Positions 34,602-43,096 of a stretch of 47,986 nucleotides of DNA are shown one piece after another. The notes beneath the pieces are model-generated. The model ran no database searches and was not told where the DNA came from. It was given only the letters and a program-made list of their open reading frames with translations. Position 1 is the first letter of the stretch, and every line of letters starts with the position of its first letter. This DNA is from a virus, in IMG/VR virus record IMGVR_UViG_3300048856_000013, positions 1-47,986 of that record. One strand, written 5' to 3'. The position numbers and the translations under genes were made by a program.

Positions 34602-35669
34602 TCAGCCGCGGCGGATCATCGCGTCGCGCGCGGCCTGCGCGGAACGCACGGGGTTCTTCGGGGCGGCGTCGCTGCGAGGCGCGCCATTGACGGCAGCGCG
34701 CTGATTGCCGAGAGCGGCTGCGCGGGCGGCAGCGTCGGACATGGCGTGATCGAAGGCGAAGCCGACATAGTCATCGCTCTTGCCATCGAAGCGCACCGTC
34801 TCGCCGCGCAGCTTGTTCACGACGGCCTCACGGATGGCGCGGTCAGACATGTCGGCCCGGACCTGCACGCCGTGCTGAACGGCCTGCGCCTCCAGCTCGA
34901 CACGCGCACGAGTGCTTGCGGCCGCATCCGCACGGATTTGGTTCCGCTCCGCCTCGAAACCGGCGACCTGCTGCTCTAGGCCAATCATCTTGGCTTCGGC
35001 AGCATCAGCACGAAGGTTTGCGTCCGTCAGAGCCTTCCGAGCAGCATCCAGAGCCAGCGCAACTTCCTGCGGCGCCTCATAGCTCAGCCCGCCATCGAGG
35101 CGGACCGTGGCGAGTTTATCGGCCAAATCGGCCTCCTCATCGTCTGTGAAGGAAACAGCGTCGTCAGCATCGAGATTGAGACGGGCGACGCCGGCCCGAC
35201 CCTTCGGCACGATGGCGAGGTGATCGACCATGGCGATCCGCTCAACGATCGTGTCGTATCGTTCGCCTTGGGGCGTGGTGCCGGGTTCCTCGCGGACCAC
35301 CACTCGGTAACCCAGGCTCAATTCCCTGCGCCCCGCCTTCACGGCTGAGGTGTCGTGAATGATGATGTCCGCCCGCAGGTGGTCGCCATCCTGACGACCC
35401 TCGCTCAGGATCGTCCCAACCATGTGCTGGCGGACGTTCTTGCCATTCACCGCGGGAATATGTCCGTCGATGATGGGCCGGCCTCGGATGGCAGAAAGGT
35501 GGTCGGCGGCGAACACGACCTCAGGCGGTCGGTACTCCCTGATCTCCTTGCCGCCCTGGGTCCGGTAGACCTGCACGCCAGCGCGGCCGATGACCGGACT
35601 GTCGAGTATGTATCCCTGGTCATCTTCGACCGCACGGATGATCACCGCGTCGTAGCGCGTCACCTCCAT
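34602..35669 (-). CDS. DUF2213-type scaffold/prohead-core protein
   Basis: Start refined to ATG 35669 (AAGGAG upstream). GVQVYRTQGGKEIREYRPPEVVF...GRPIIDGH pattern, then a coiled-coil C-terminus. Confidence 0.7.
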   Translation of the reverse strand: MEVTRYDAVIIRAVEDDQGYILDSPVIGRAGVQVYRTQGGKEIREYRPPEVVFAADHLSAIRGRPIIDGHIPAVNGKNVRQHMVGTILSEGRQDGDHLRADIIIHDTSAVKAGRRELSLGYRVVVREEPGTTPQGERYDTIVERIAMVDHLAIVPKGRAGVARLNLDADDAVSFTDDEEADLADKLATVRLDGGLSYEAPQEVALALDAARKALTDANLRADAAEAKMIGLEQQVAGFEAERNQIRADAAASTRARVELEAQAVQHGVQVRADMSDRAIREAVVNKLRGETVRFDGKSDDYVGFAFDHAMSDAAARAAALGNQRAAVNGAPRSDAAPKNPVRSAQAARDAMIRRG

Positions 35670-35680
35670 GTCGATCTCCT

Positions 35681-36517
35681 TCACGCCGCCGCGTTCAGCA
35701 GCTTCAGTTCCGCCTCGGTCATGCCCGGCAGCACCGGCGAAGCCCGGCAACGACACCGCACGTCATGGCCCGGATGCCCGGTCCCTGCCGGAGGCTTGGC
35801 CCAATCGAAGAACTTGCCATCATGGGCCCGGTGAGAGGCCCGCACCCGCTCATCGCCCACCGTCTGCCACTGGTATCGGGTGACCCCAATGGCCCGCTGG
35901 CGACGCTGCGTCAGGTCCGCGTTCAGTTTCGCGATCTGGTCCCGGGCGATCAGTTCCGCCCGGCTGTCACCGACCCCAAGCCGCTCGGACACAATGCCCT
36001 TCAGCGTACGTAGGCTGGTCCCCTGGCTCACCGCCTGAGTGACCTGCTGGCGGATCTGATCCACCACGCCCTGAGGCACCGATTGGATCAGCGCCAAGTT
36101 CGCCTGTTCCCAAGCCGCCATCTGGTCGGCCAGCCAAGGCTCGCCGCGCAGCACGTCCACCCCGTAGGCCTGCCGGACCAGCGCTCGCCATTCCGTCAGG
36201 TTCGTGTTCGCTGCCCGGAGGCCAGCGAGCCGCATGACCGTCTCAGTGGCCCGCACCTGCCCGGTGAGGCGATCCATCACCCGCAGGAGCAGTTGAGCCA
36301 GCAGGTCGGCCCAGCCCGAAGCGCCAGGCTGCGGCGCGTCATCGTCGCCGCGGTAGTCGGAGGCGGGGGCCAGAAGAAAAGGCCCGTAGGTGTTGAACTC
36401 GGCCCTTAGTTCGGCCCGGAGAGCCGCTACCAAAGACCGCAGGGCCGCCCGATAGGTCACCTCGGCCGCAGCCGGGTAACGCATGGGGCGCGGCTTACGG
36501 CTCCGGAGGCGGTTCAT
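35681..36517 (-). CDS. Head morphogenesis protein, Mu F / SPP1 gp7 family
   Basis: C-terminus WQTVGDERVRASHRAHDGKFFDW...HPGHDVRCRCRASPVLPG; follows the portal. Confidence 0.85.
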   Translation of the reverse strand: MNRLRSRKPRPMRYPAAAEVTYRAALRSLVAALRAELRAEFNTYGPFLLAPASDYRGDDDAPQPGASGWADLLAQLLLRVMDRLTGQVRATETVMRLAGLRAANTNLTEWRALVRQAYGVDVLRGEPWLADQMAAWEQANLALIQSVPQGVVDQIRQQVTQAVSQGTSLRTLKGIVSERLGVGDSRAELIARDQIAKLNADLTQRRQRAIGVTRYQWQTVGDERVRASHRAHDGKFFDWAKPPAGTGHPGHDVRCRCRASPVLPGMTEAELKLLNAAA

Positions 36518-37820
36518 CGTCGTCTGGCATCACCACCACTGGCGCCTCGCCCTGGATTTCCATCTCAGGCCAGCGCTTGGCGGTGTAGGCCCGCCCCTCT
36601 TCAGGGGTGATGTATTGCGCGTCGCCAAGGGTAACGATGGCTTCCACCTCAGCCTTCTTGGCGTCGGCGCGGATCTTCTCCGCCTCGGCCGCTTCCTTCG
36701 CAGACGGGCTCCACAACGGGTTGAACACCAGCCGCCAGCGCTCTGGTTCGCGGACCTTCAGCTCCTTCTGAGCCCAGATCAGCCCGACGAAGCGCTCCAG
36801 AGCCGGCCGCAGTGACCGCTCCTGGATGGTCGTGAGGCGGCCGTGGTAGATGCCCTGCTCGCCCGTACCGCTGTTGCCAAGGCCCGACAGGCCTTCACCG
36901 AAGAGGATCGGGACCGGCATGGCCGCAGAGGCCGCCAGTGCCGTCCTGAAGCCGCCCAGGACCGCATCAATGCCAGTCAGGCTGCTGTCGAGGATGGAAA
37001 ACTCGTCCTCACCATCCACGGCAACGGTCGTCTCGATGCTGCGCACCAAATCGGTGAGGTTCAGGCGCTCCATGACGGCCTGCTTGCCGTCAAAGACCAC
37101 CCGGCCTTCGGCGTCTTCCATGCGCTGGGTGATGGCTTCGGCCATCCCCTTCATCTTGTAGATGGCCTGCTGCTTGCGCCGCAGGATCTCCTTGGTCAGC
37201 CGCAGCGCCTGCCGATACCGCAGCAGGTCCGGCAGCGCGCCCTCAAGGGCAGAGCGGCCCACCCACGGGATCGTCTGCGAGCGCCGCGCCGAGTAAGTCA
37301 GAGGATCGCCAGGCACGCGCAGCAGGCGGGTCTCATGGACCTTGAACTGATCGCCGGCAGGCGGCGTCACGTCGTACCACTCGGGGTCGCCGTAATTGGC
37401 CAGCCGAGCGTCGCGATAGCGGGCGGCTGAAGGTGTCAGCGCCGTGACTGGGTAGGTCTTCAGATCCGCGATCAGGCTCAGGCCTTCCTCGCGCAGAGGG
37501 CTATCCAGACCCGCACCGTCCGCCGTCAGCAGCAGGATCGCACCGCCGCCACAGAGCCTCGCCCAGCGCGCCGCGTCGGTGAAGTGCTGGATCGCATCCA
37601 GCCGGTCCACCTCGGACAGAACCGTGTTGTCCTCGTCGCCCTCGATCTCGAAGCCCTTGGACAGCGCGTCCTCGGCGGGGCGATCAACGATAACGGCGGC
37701 AAGCCCGTCCTTGGCGTAGAGGTCTTCGAGCGAAGGGGCAGCGCCCTCGCCCTGGCGCTCGCGGGAGCGCATCAGCCCACTGACAACCTCGCCGTAGTAG
37801 TCCTGGCGAAGCTCAGCCAT
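36495..37820 (-). CDS. Portal protein
   Basis: 441 aa between TerL and MuF; 8-nt overlap with the TerL stop. Confidence 0.85.
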   Translation of the reverse strand: MAELRQDYYGEVVSGLMRSRERQGEGAAPSLEDLYAKDGLAAVIVDRPAEDALSKGFEIEGDEDNTVLSEVDRLDAIQHFTDAARWARLCGGGAILLLTADGAGLDSPLREEGLSLIADLKTYPVTALTPSAARYRDARLANYGDPEWYDVTPPAGDQFKVHETRLLRVPGDPLTYSARRSQTIPWVGRSALEGALPDLLRYRQALRLTKEILRRKQQAIYKMKGMAEAITQRMEDAEGRVVFDGKQAVMERLNLTDLVRSIETTVAVDGEDEFSILDSSLTGIDAVLGGFRTALAASAAMPVPILFGEGLSGLGNSGTGEQGIYHGRLTTIQERSLRPALERFVGLIWAQKELKVREPERWRLVFNPLWSPSAKEAAEAEKIRADAKKAEVEAIVTLGDAQYITPEEGRAYTAKRWPEMEIQGEAPVVVMPDDDEPPPEP

Positions 37821-39294
37821 GACCCATGGCCTTGAAGCGGGAGATCACGTCCAGGGCGCCATCGCCGATCATCCCGAACGCCCGGCTCAGCGCGTCAACC
37901 TGGTCGTCCTTCGTGGCAGACGGGAAGCCGGCCAGCTCGTCGAGGAACGGGCGGTTCCATGGGGCGCGAAGCATCAGCACGTTCCCCACGTTGATCTGGC
38001 TCGCCACAGGGGCGGCTCTGGTTGCCTTGTCGCCCGTCTCCGGGGTCACCACGACGCTGTAGCCGCTGAGCTTGCGGGTCAGGTGCTGCGCCTGCGCCTT
38101 GCCGGCCTGCCCCGGGTCCTGCGGCAGGCTGACCGTGGCCGTGCGCCCGTCTTGCGTGGCGGTGTTCACGATGGCCCGCTCCACGCCGTCAGGGCCTTCT
38201 CGCAGCCGGACCACATCCATGATCAGGAAGCGCCCATCCGGCAGGCGGCCCATCTTCAGGCCGACCGTCCAGTCCGGGTCGCGGGTGCCGACCTGCTTGG
38301 TGGCCGCAAGATCCCACGCACGCACCACTCGGCTCACGGCCGGCGCCACGTCGATCACTTCGATCTGCGCCACCTTGAACAGCGAGCCCTCGGTTGGCCG
38401 CGGGTTCTGCTCATAGAGCGAGTACCAGTCGCGCATGGCGCCGGACTGCTCGTACTCCGCCTTCACCCGCGCTATCTCAGCGCCGTAGCCGTATTCGTCG
38501 TCCTGCCACAGCATCTCGCCGGGCGGGCGTCCGATGGGGTCATTCTCCACTGCCGTGGCGGGCAGGGAAATGACCTTCCAGTCGTCCCTTTGAGCCTGCA
38601 GGATGCGCCCGCCAAGGTCGTCCTCATGCCAGCGCGTCTGGATCAGGATGATCGGCGCGCCAGGCTTCAAGCGGGTCCGCAGGTCAGCGGTGAACCAGTT
38701 CCAGGCGCGCTCGCGGTAGGTGGCGCTGTCCGCGTCCTGCCGGGTCTTCACCGGATCGTCGATGATGGCCAGATCGGCACGCGAACCGGCGATAGCGCCG
38801 CCGACACCGATGGCCTTGTACCGCCCGCCGTTCGTAGTCTTCCACATGTCGGCCGGCTCAGTCTCTAGACCGTATCCCAGGGCTGCCGAGTGCTCGCGGA
38901 TGAAGCGCTGCACGTCCCGGCTAAATTCTTCGGCCAGGCCCGACGTATGGCTGGCCCCGATGAGGCTGAGGTTCGGCCGCTGGGCCAGGAACCACGCCGG
39001 AAACAGCTTCGACGCATAGGTGCTCTTCGCGCTGCCAGGCGGCATGAAGATGGCCAGCCGCTTCGTCTCGCCCCGGGCAACCTTCTCCAGTTCCCGGATC
39101 AGCATCCGGTGGTGCGCGGCGGGGGCAAACCCCATCGGCGCCATGGCTTCTACGCACCAAGCCAGGAGACTGCCGCGAATATGCTCGCCCCAGGCCGTCT
39201 CGATCTCCGCTAGCTCAGCCGGCGTCGCCGCCCTGATCAGCGTCCTCATCTCGTCTGGCCGCAATGAGGCGAGCAAGCTTATCAGCGAGCCCAA
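37813..39294 (-). CDS. Terminase large subunit
   Basis: Walker A FMPPGSAKST; DDPVKTRQDADS...ILIQTRWHEDDLGGRIL. TTG 39294 preceded by GGAGG (alternative ATG 39249). Confidence 0.92.
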   Translation of the reverse strand: MGSLISLLASLRPDEMRTLIRAATPAELAEIETAWGEHIRGSLLAWCVEAMAPMGFAPAAHHRMLIRELEKVARGETKRLAIFMPPGSAKSTYASKLFPAWFLAQRPNLSLIGASHTSGLAEEFSRDVQRFIREHSAALGYGLETEPADMWKTTNGGRYKAIGVGGAIAGSRADLAIIDDPVKTRQDADSATYRERAWNWFTADLRTRLKPGAPIILIQTRWHEDDLGGRILQAQRDDWKVISLPATAVENDPIGRPPGEMLWQDDEYGYGAEIARVKAEYEQSGAMRDWYSLYEQNPRPTEGSLFKVAQIEVIDVAPAVSRVVRAWDLAATKQVGTRDPDWTVGLKMGRLPDGRFLIMDVVRLREGPDGVERAIVNTATQDGRTATVSLPQDPGQAGKAQAQHLTRKLSGYSVVVTPETGDKATRAAPVASQINVGNVLMLRAPWNRPFLDELAGFPSATKDDQVDALSRAFGMIGDGALDVISRFKAMGHG

Positions 39295-39571
39295 CCTTGG
39301 CCTCCATTTGAATAGCGTCGCCGTCAGGGCCGGAAAGTTCGACGGCCTGCATTGGCTTGCCCCAGCCCCGTTCCAGGATCAGTTCCACGGCACGAATGCG
39401 GGCGTTCCACGGTGCGCCGCCGTCCCTCATCGCAGTGACGAGGGTTTCCAAGCCCTCCTGCGTGTGCTCACGAGCCGCAGCCGCCACGTCCCGCACCGCC
39501 TTAGGGCGCCCACCGGGATTGCCCGACTTGCCCTTCTCGAACCGGCGGCCCGGCGGCGGTTTGCTGGCCAT
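39215..39571 (-). CDS. Terminase small subunit (DUF5681-like)
   Basis: Start refined to ATG 39571 (GAGGAG upstream). RRFEKGKSGNPGGRPK motif. Confidence 0.8.
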   Translation of the reverse strand: MASKPPPGRRFEKGKSGNPGGRPKAVRDVAAAAREHTQEGLETLVTAMRDGGAPWNARIRAVELILERGWGKPMQAVELSGPDGDAIQMEAKVGLADKLARLIAARRDEDADQGGDAG

Positions 39572-39587
39572 GGTCTCCTCGGGGGCT

Positions 39588-39625
39588 GAAACGAAAAACG
39601 CCCCGGGCCATGAGGACCGAGGCGT
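39588..39625 (-). terminator. Intrinsic terminator between the early-left operon and the terminase genes
   Basis: Minus-strand RNA ACGCCUCGG-UCCUCAUGGC-CCGGGGCGU (9 bp including one G-U) followed by UUUUUCGUUUC. About 16 nt later comes the GAGGAG RBS of TerS. Confidence 0.7.
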
Positions 39626-39659
39626 CAAATTCCGGGCATAGCTCCGCCCGAATGCTACC

Positions 39660-39688
39660 TAGCTAGTTTTTCCGCTGCCTCGCGTCAA
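39660..39688 (-). promoter_or_regulatory. Weak candidate late promoter TTGACG-N17-TAGCTA
   Basis: -35 at 39688-39683 preceded by an A-run; poor -10 at 39665-39660. Overlaps the last codons of gene 39663-40253. Confidence 0.25.
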
Positions 39689-40253
39689 GCATTTTTCTCG
39701 TCTGAGCCGCCCAGAATGTGCAGGCGGCGTCCAAACCCTCCCGGACATAGCTCAGACCGTTCGCCATCTGGGGGAAGCTGCCGTCCGCGACCTGCGCAAC
39801 GGGGTGCCTGGAGCGCGCTGGCATAGCCCGTAGGACCGCGCAGTATTCGGCCCAGCAGTCGGCCTGGTAGTCTGTCATCTCCCCCTTCCCGCCCGGCTGG
39901 CCGGACAGATCGGCGGTGACGCGCCCAACCCGAGGCCTGCCGGCATGGTAGAGCTTGGCGAGGCGCCGGGCCGCGTAGAGCTGGCGGTCATTGAGCAGTG
40001 CGCCAGCCTCATAGTGGTCGATCGAGGTCTTCTCTGGCGGCCTCTGGGCGGGCGCTGGGTCATGGGTGCCCCGATAGGCGTCCATCCGCTGCTGCTGGGC
40101 CTTGTGGAGCGCCAGGGCCTCGTCACGTTCGCTGTCGCTCATGCAATAGGCCCTCGGAGAGCGGGAGAGGTCGATCTGACCGGCGTGGCTGGTCACAGGG
40201 TCGATGGCGCGGCGGAAGCCAGCGCGGAGGGCGGCTTGGGTGTGCTGGCTCAT
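39663..40253 (-). CDS. Hypothetical 196-aa protein, positional candidate for a late-gene regulator/antiterminator
   Basis: Start refined to ATG 40253 (ATGA overlap). Last gene before the terminator and late operon. No recognisable motif. Confidence 0.6.
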   Translation of the reverse strand: MSQHTQAALRAGFRRAIDPVTSHAGQIDLSRSPRAYCMSDSERDEALALHKAQQQRMDAYRGTHDPAPAQRPPEKTSIDHYEAGALLNDRQLYAARRLAKLYHAGRPRVGRVTADLSGQPGGKGEMTDYQADCWAEYCAVLRAMPARSRHPVAQVADGSFPQMANGLSYVREGLDAACTFWAAQTRKMLDARQRKN

Positions 40254-40441
40254 GGGTTCGCACTCCTGCGGGCTGCTTTGAAGGCTTCGTATTTCTTCAC
40301 GACATCTGAAACGGTCCTCGTGTAGCCGCGCTCGACGACTTCTCCGGCATCGAGGAACGAGTAGCGGATTGGCCCTTCCAGGTTGTCGCAGTGGAGGCGG
40401 AACCGGTCGCCGTCTTGGTCGTGGTTGCGAACCATCACCAT
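40250..40441 (-). CDS. Hypothetical small protein
   Basis: Overlapping junctions with both neighbours. Confidence 0.6.
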   Translation of the reverse strand: MVMVRNHDQDGDRFRLHCDNLEGPIRYSFLDAGEVVERGYTRTVSDVVKKYEAFKAARRSANP

Positions 40442-40734
40442 CCCGGCTCCCCCTCCTGTCCGTCCGCGGCTCCGGGGCGGGCGGCGAGCATGGCGCGGTA
40501 GCTGACGAGCAGCCCTTCGTTCGGCTTCGGCTGACGGCGGCCATGTCGCAGGCGGTAGAGGGCCAGGTCTCCGGCATCTACCATCTCCGCTGTGGGTTCA
40601 GCCGGCACCACGACCAAGCCTTGCGCGGCGATGGCGTCGAGGGCGACTTGCGCGGTTACCAACGGGTCGAGGCCGAAGTCCTTCCAATATTCGGAGATCG
40701 CCCGCGCCATCACTTCCTTCGGATCGTGCGTCAT
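40435..40734 (-). CDS. Hypothetical protein
   Basis: 99-aa ORF in the operon chain. Confidence 0.6.
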   Translation of the reverse strand: MTHDPKEVMARAISEYWKDFGLDPLVTAQVALDAIAAQGLVVVPAEPTAEMVDAGDLALYRLRHGRRQPKPNEGLLVSYRAMLAARPGAADGQEGEPGW

Positions 40735-40759
40735 GCTCTCAGCCTCCAGAGGTCGCGCA

Positions 40760-40933
40760 TCAGGGGGTGTCCTGGGGTGGGGTGAGGCGGGTGGCCTCGC
40801 GCGGGTTCTGACGCAACAGGACGCCCAGGATTGCGAGGGCCTTTTGCCTCATCTTCTGCTCGACCCATTCGTGAAGGATCACCACCCTCCCCACCTCCCC
40901 CGTGCTCGTGCTCTGGTTGGCACGGTCAGTCAT
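40760..40933 (-). CDS. Hypothetical small protein
   Basis: Start refined to ATG 40933 (8-nt overlap with the upstream stop). Confidence 0.5.
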   Translation of the reverse strand: MTDRANQSTSTGEVGRVVILHEWVEQKMRQKALAILGVLLRQNPREATRLTPPQDTP

Positions 40934-41138
40934 GGGCGGGGCGCTCCTTCTCGGCTCTCTCGGAGAGTTCACGCGCCGTCTTGTGGCAGGAGATGGCGAA
41001 GGAGCGGACGGCTTCTGGTCCATCGCCCTCTTGCCCTTGCGCTTCCATCAGGGTCGCAAACTTCTCGGCTGCATTTCCTGCGCCGGTCCAACCCAGGGCC
41101 ATGGATGCATAGACCGTCTTGAGATCGACCATGCTCAC
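40926..41138 (-). CDS. Hypothetical small protein
   Basis: GTGA overlap with the upstream gene (or ATG 41132). Confidence 0.55.
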   Translation of the reverse strand: MSMVDLKTVYASMALGWTGAGNAAEKFATLMEAQGQEGDGPEAVRSFAISCHKTARELSERAEKERPAHD

Positions 41139-41977
41139 TCCCCTCCCCGGATCGCGGCGAGGGCAGAGCGGGCGCGTTCAACCCGTTCCTCTGCCCATGC
41201 GCTCAGGCAGTCGGACTGGCTCAGTTCGTCCAGCGCCTCCACAGCCACCTCCAGCTTCCCCTTCGGCTCGGGTTCGGACGGGGCCAACTCGGGCAGCACC
41301 TTCAGGATCTGCTCGTCCGTTTGCCCGGTCTGAGCGCGGATGAACGACAGCTTCTGTGCTCTCACCTCGTCGGGGGTCATGACGTGGCGCTTGGCCTGCT
41401 CGACGAGGCGCTCCAGATCCGGGTTGGGCTGACGGCTGCTCAGGCTGATCATCGGTGTCTCCACAGGCTCCTTCGCCTCGGTGAGCAGGCCGCAAGCCTC
41501 GGCGGCGGGTGACTTAGGCAGAGGGCGCCAGTGTGAGAAATCAGCATCAAGGCCGACGTTGAATGCGCGCCCGCCATTCCGCTTGAACCAAGCAAATGTT
41601 GGCTCGTCGTCCGCATAAAGCACTGCGTGCTTTCGCCAGCGGCAATCGGCGAGCCGCCCATGACAATCACTCCAAAGGTCGATGACCGATCCATCCCTCG
41701 GCGCCGTCTCAATGGGCTGCCAAGCCTCCCGCAGCGGAGCCAGGTCGGGGGTGGGCAACTCTCCGGAAATTCCGGACTGTTCAACACGTTGATTTTGTTC
41801 CGAAGCGGGAATTCCCGTCGCAGCTTCCATGATCGCGCGGCAGAGGGCGGAGGCTTCGGAGGCGGGGACGAAGATGCGATCAGTGCGAAAGCCGCTCACC
41901 TGCGCCACGATTAGCAATTCATCCTCAACGCCGAGTATCGTCTCCCGGCCGAGATTGTCCTTGAAGATGCCGCTCAC
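41135..41977 (-). CDS. Hypothetical protein with DUF551-like WQPIETAPRDGSVIDLW segment
   Basis: Start refined to GTG 41977 (GTGA overlap). The ETAP(K/R)DG motif is common in phage DUF551 proteins. Confidence 0.6.
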   Translation of the reverse strand: MSGIFKDNLGRETILGVEDELLIVAQVSGFRTDRIFVPASEASALCRAIMEAATGIPASEQNQRVEQSGISGELPTPDLAPLREAWQPIETAPRDGSVIDLWSDCHGRLADCRWRKHAVLYADDEPTFAWFKRNGGRAFNVGLDADFSHWRPLPKSPAAEACGLLTEAKEPVETPMISLSSRQPNPDLERLVEQAKRHVMTPDEVRAQKLSFIRAQTGQTDEQILKVLPELAPSEPEPKGKLEVAVEALDELSQSDCLSAWAEERVERARSALAAIRGGE

Positions 41978-42186
41978 TTGCTCTGCTCCTGGGCGGCGAG
42001 GATGGCGCGGCGGACTTCGAGGCCGAGGGGTGACCATGACTGCGCAGTCCTGACATCGCGGCCGATAGCGAGAAGCCCCATGCGCTGGAGCGTCCCAACC
42101 ACGCGGCCATCAGGCCAGCGGGAGGCTTTCATGACCGCCCGCTTCTGCGCCGGGCTCAGCCGGCGCGCGATCTCGGTTGGGGTCAT
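41974..42186 (-). CDS. Hypothetical small protein
   Basis: Start refined to ATG 42186 (ATGA overlap). Confidence 0.55.
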   Translation of the reverse strand: MTPTEIARRLSPAQKRAVMKASRWPDGRVVGTLQRMGLLAIGRDVRTAQSWSPLGLEVRRAILAAQEQSK

Positions 42187-42407
42187 CGGGACCTCCTGTG
42201 TTGAGCCAGACGGGGAAGCCCAGCGTCGTCCAGCAGGTGCGGGCCAAGATCCTCCCGCAGGCAGGCTGGCGGGTTGTTCTCGGCCGACCAATGACCGCAT
42301 CCGCCGCACCGGGCGCCAGAGCAGGCCGGGGAGACCGGAAAGCCGTCGCGGCAAATCTGCGACCCGCGCACGAACGACGCACACACGTAGTTTCGCTCGT
42401 CCATCAC
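42183..42407 (-). CDS. Cys-rich small protein (possible Zn-binding)
   Basis: ATGA overlaps at both ends; six Cys including CGGC. Confidence 0.5.
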   Translation of the reverse strand: MMDERNYVCASFVRGSQICRDGFPVSPACSGARCGGCGHWSAENNPPACLREDLGPHLLDDAGLPRLAQHRRSR

Positions 42408-42643
42408 TTCCCCTCCCCCAGCTCGCCGCTGTTCTGTGCGGAGGGGGGTGTGGGGAGGCGTTCCACTGCGGCAACCACTCCCTCAGCCATGGCGCTCCAG
42501 TTGTCCGCACTGCGCGTCAGAGCGGCGACCAGATCCACAGCCAGTTCCCGGTACTCGCGGATGATGCGGTGATAGAGGAACTGGACCAGCAGCCCGCCGG
42601 CGATGAACCCGGCTGCCCCTGCAAGAACCACGTACTCGCTCAC
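42404..42643 (-). CDS. Small membrane-anchored protein
   Basis: N-terminal TM VVLAGAAGFIAGGLLVQFLY. Confidence 0.6.
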   Translation of the reverse strand: MSEYVVLAGAAGFIAGGLLVQFLYHRIIREYRELAVDLVAALTRSADNWSAMAEGVVAAVERLPTPPSAQNSGELGEGK

Positions 42644-42876
42644 CCAACCCTCCGTTCACTGGCGGCGGCCAGCGCGGTCGGCAGCACAGCCACCGCGTCC
42701 GTGGTGTTGGTCTGCGTGGCGCGGTCGAAATAGACGGCCCTGGACCAGGCGATGGAGCCGCCAGGGATCTCGGTCTGCACCCACTCGCCTTGGCGCGTGA
42801 CGATGGCGCCGCGGGCCAGGCGGGCGCGGATGTGGGCTTCGAGGGCTGGCCAGGGCTGGCGCGTTACGTTTGCCAT
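42640..42876 (-). CDS. Hypothetical small protein
   Basis: Start refined to ATG 42876 (MANVTRQPW...). Confidence 0.6.
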   Translation of the reverse strand: MANVTRQPWPALEAHIRARLARGAIVTRQGEWVQTEIPGGSIAWSRAVYFDRATQTNTTDAVAVLPTALAAASERRVG

Positions 42877-43096
42877 GGTGTTACGCCTCACCTGAAATGG
42901 GCGTAACAGGAAAACCCCAGTCCGAAGCAAGGGTGTTACTAAAGTTACTTATGTTACTAGTATAAGTATATATATAAGAGAGAGACCCTATAAGAGCATG
43001 CGCGTATATGCGTGTGCTGCGGCGTAACAGCCGTAACACCCGTAACGTCGTTGATTTCAAAGGGGAAATCTGTGACACCCTGTTACCCATGTTACG
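42861..43096. repeat. Replication-origin-like region: GTTAC/GTAAC iterons in opposite orientation flanking an AT-rich core
   Basis: 11 GTTAC/GTAAC cores (e.g. GCGTAACAG CCGTAACAC CCGTAACGT; GTGTTACTAAAGTTACTTATGTTAC). AT-rich 42941-43010 holds TATAAG x3. Abuts the 3' end of the SF3-type helicase gene. Confidence 0.7.

Noticed and set aside
33401-34690. 429-aa plus-strand ORF over the capsid/cement genes (similar cases at 30082-31170, 37819-38868, 25412-26401, 18084-19298 and 44175-45047)
   Set aside because: All lie antisense to well-supported structural or replication genes and translate to R/G/A/H-rich sequence without motifs. Treated as GC-driven artefacts.
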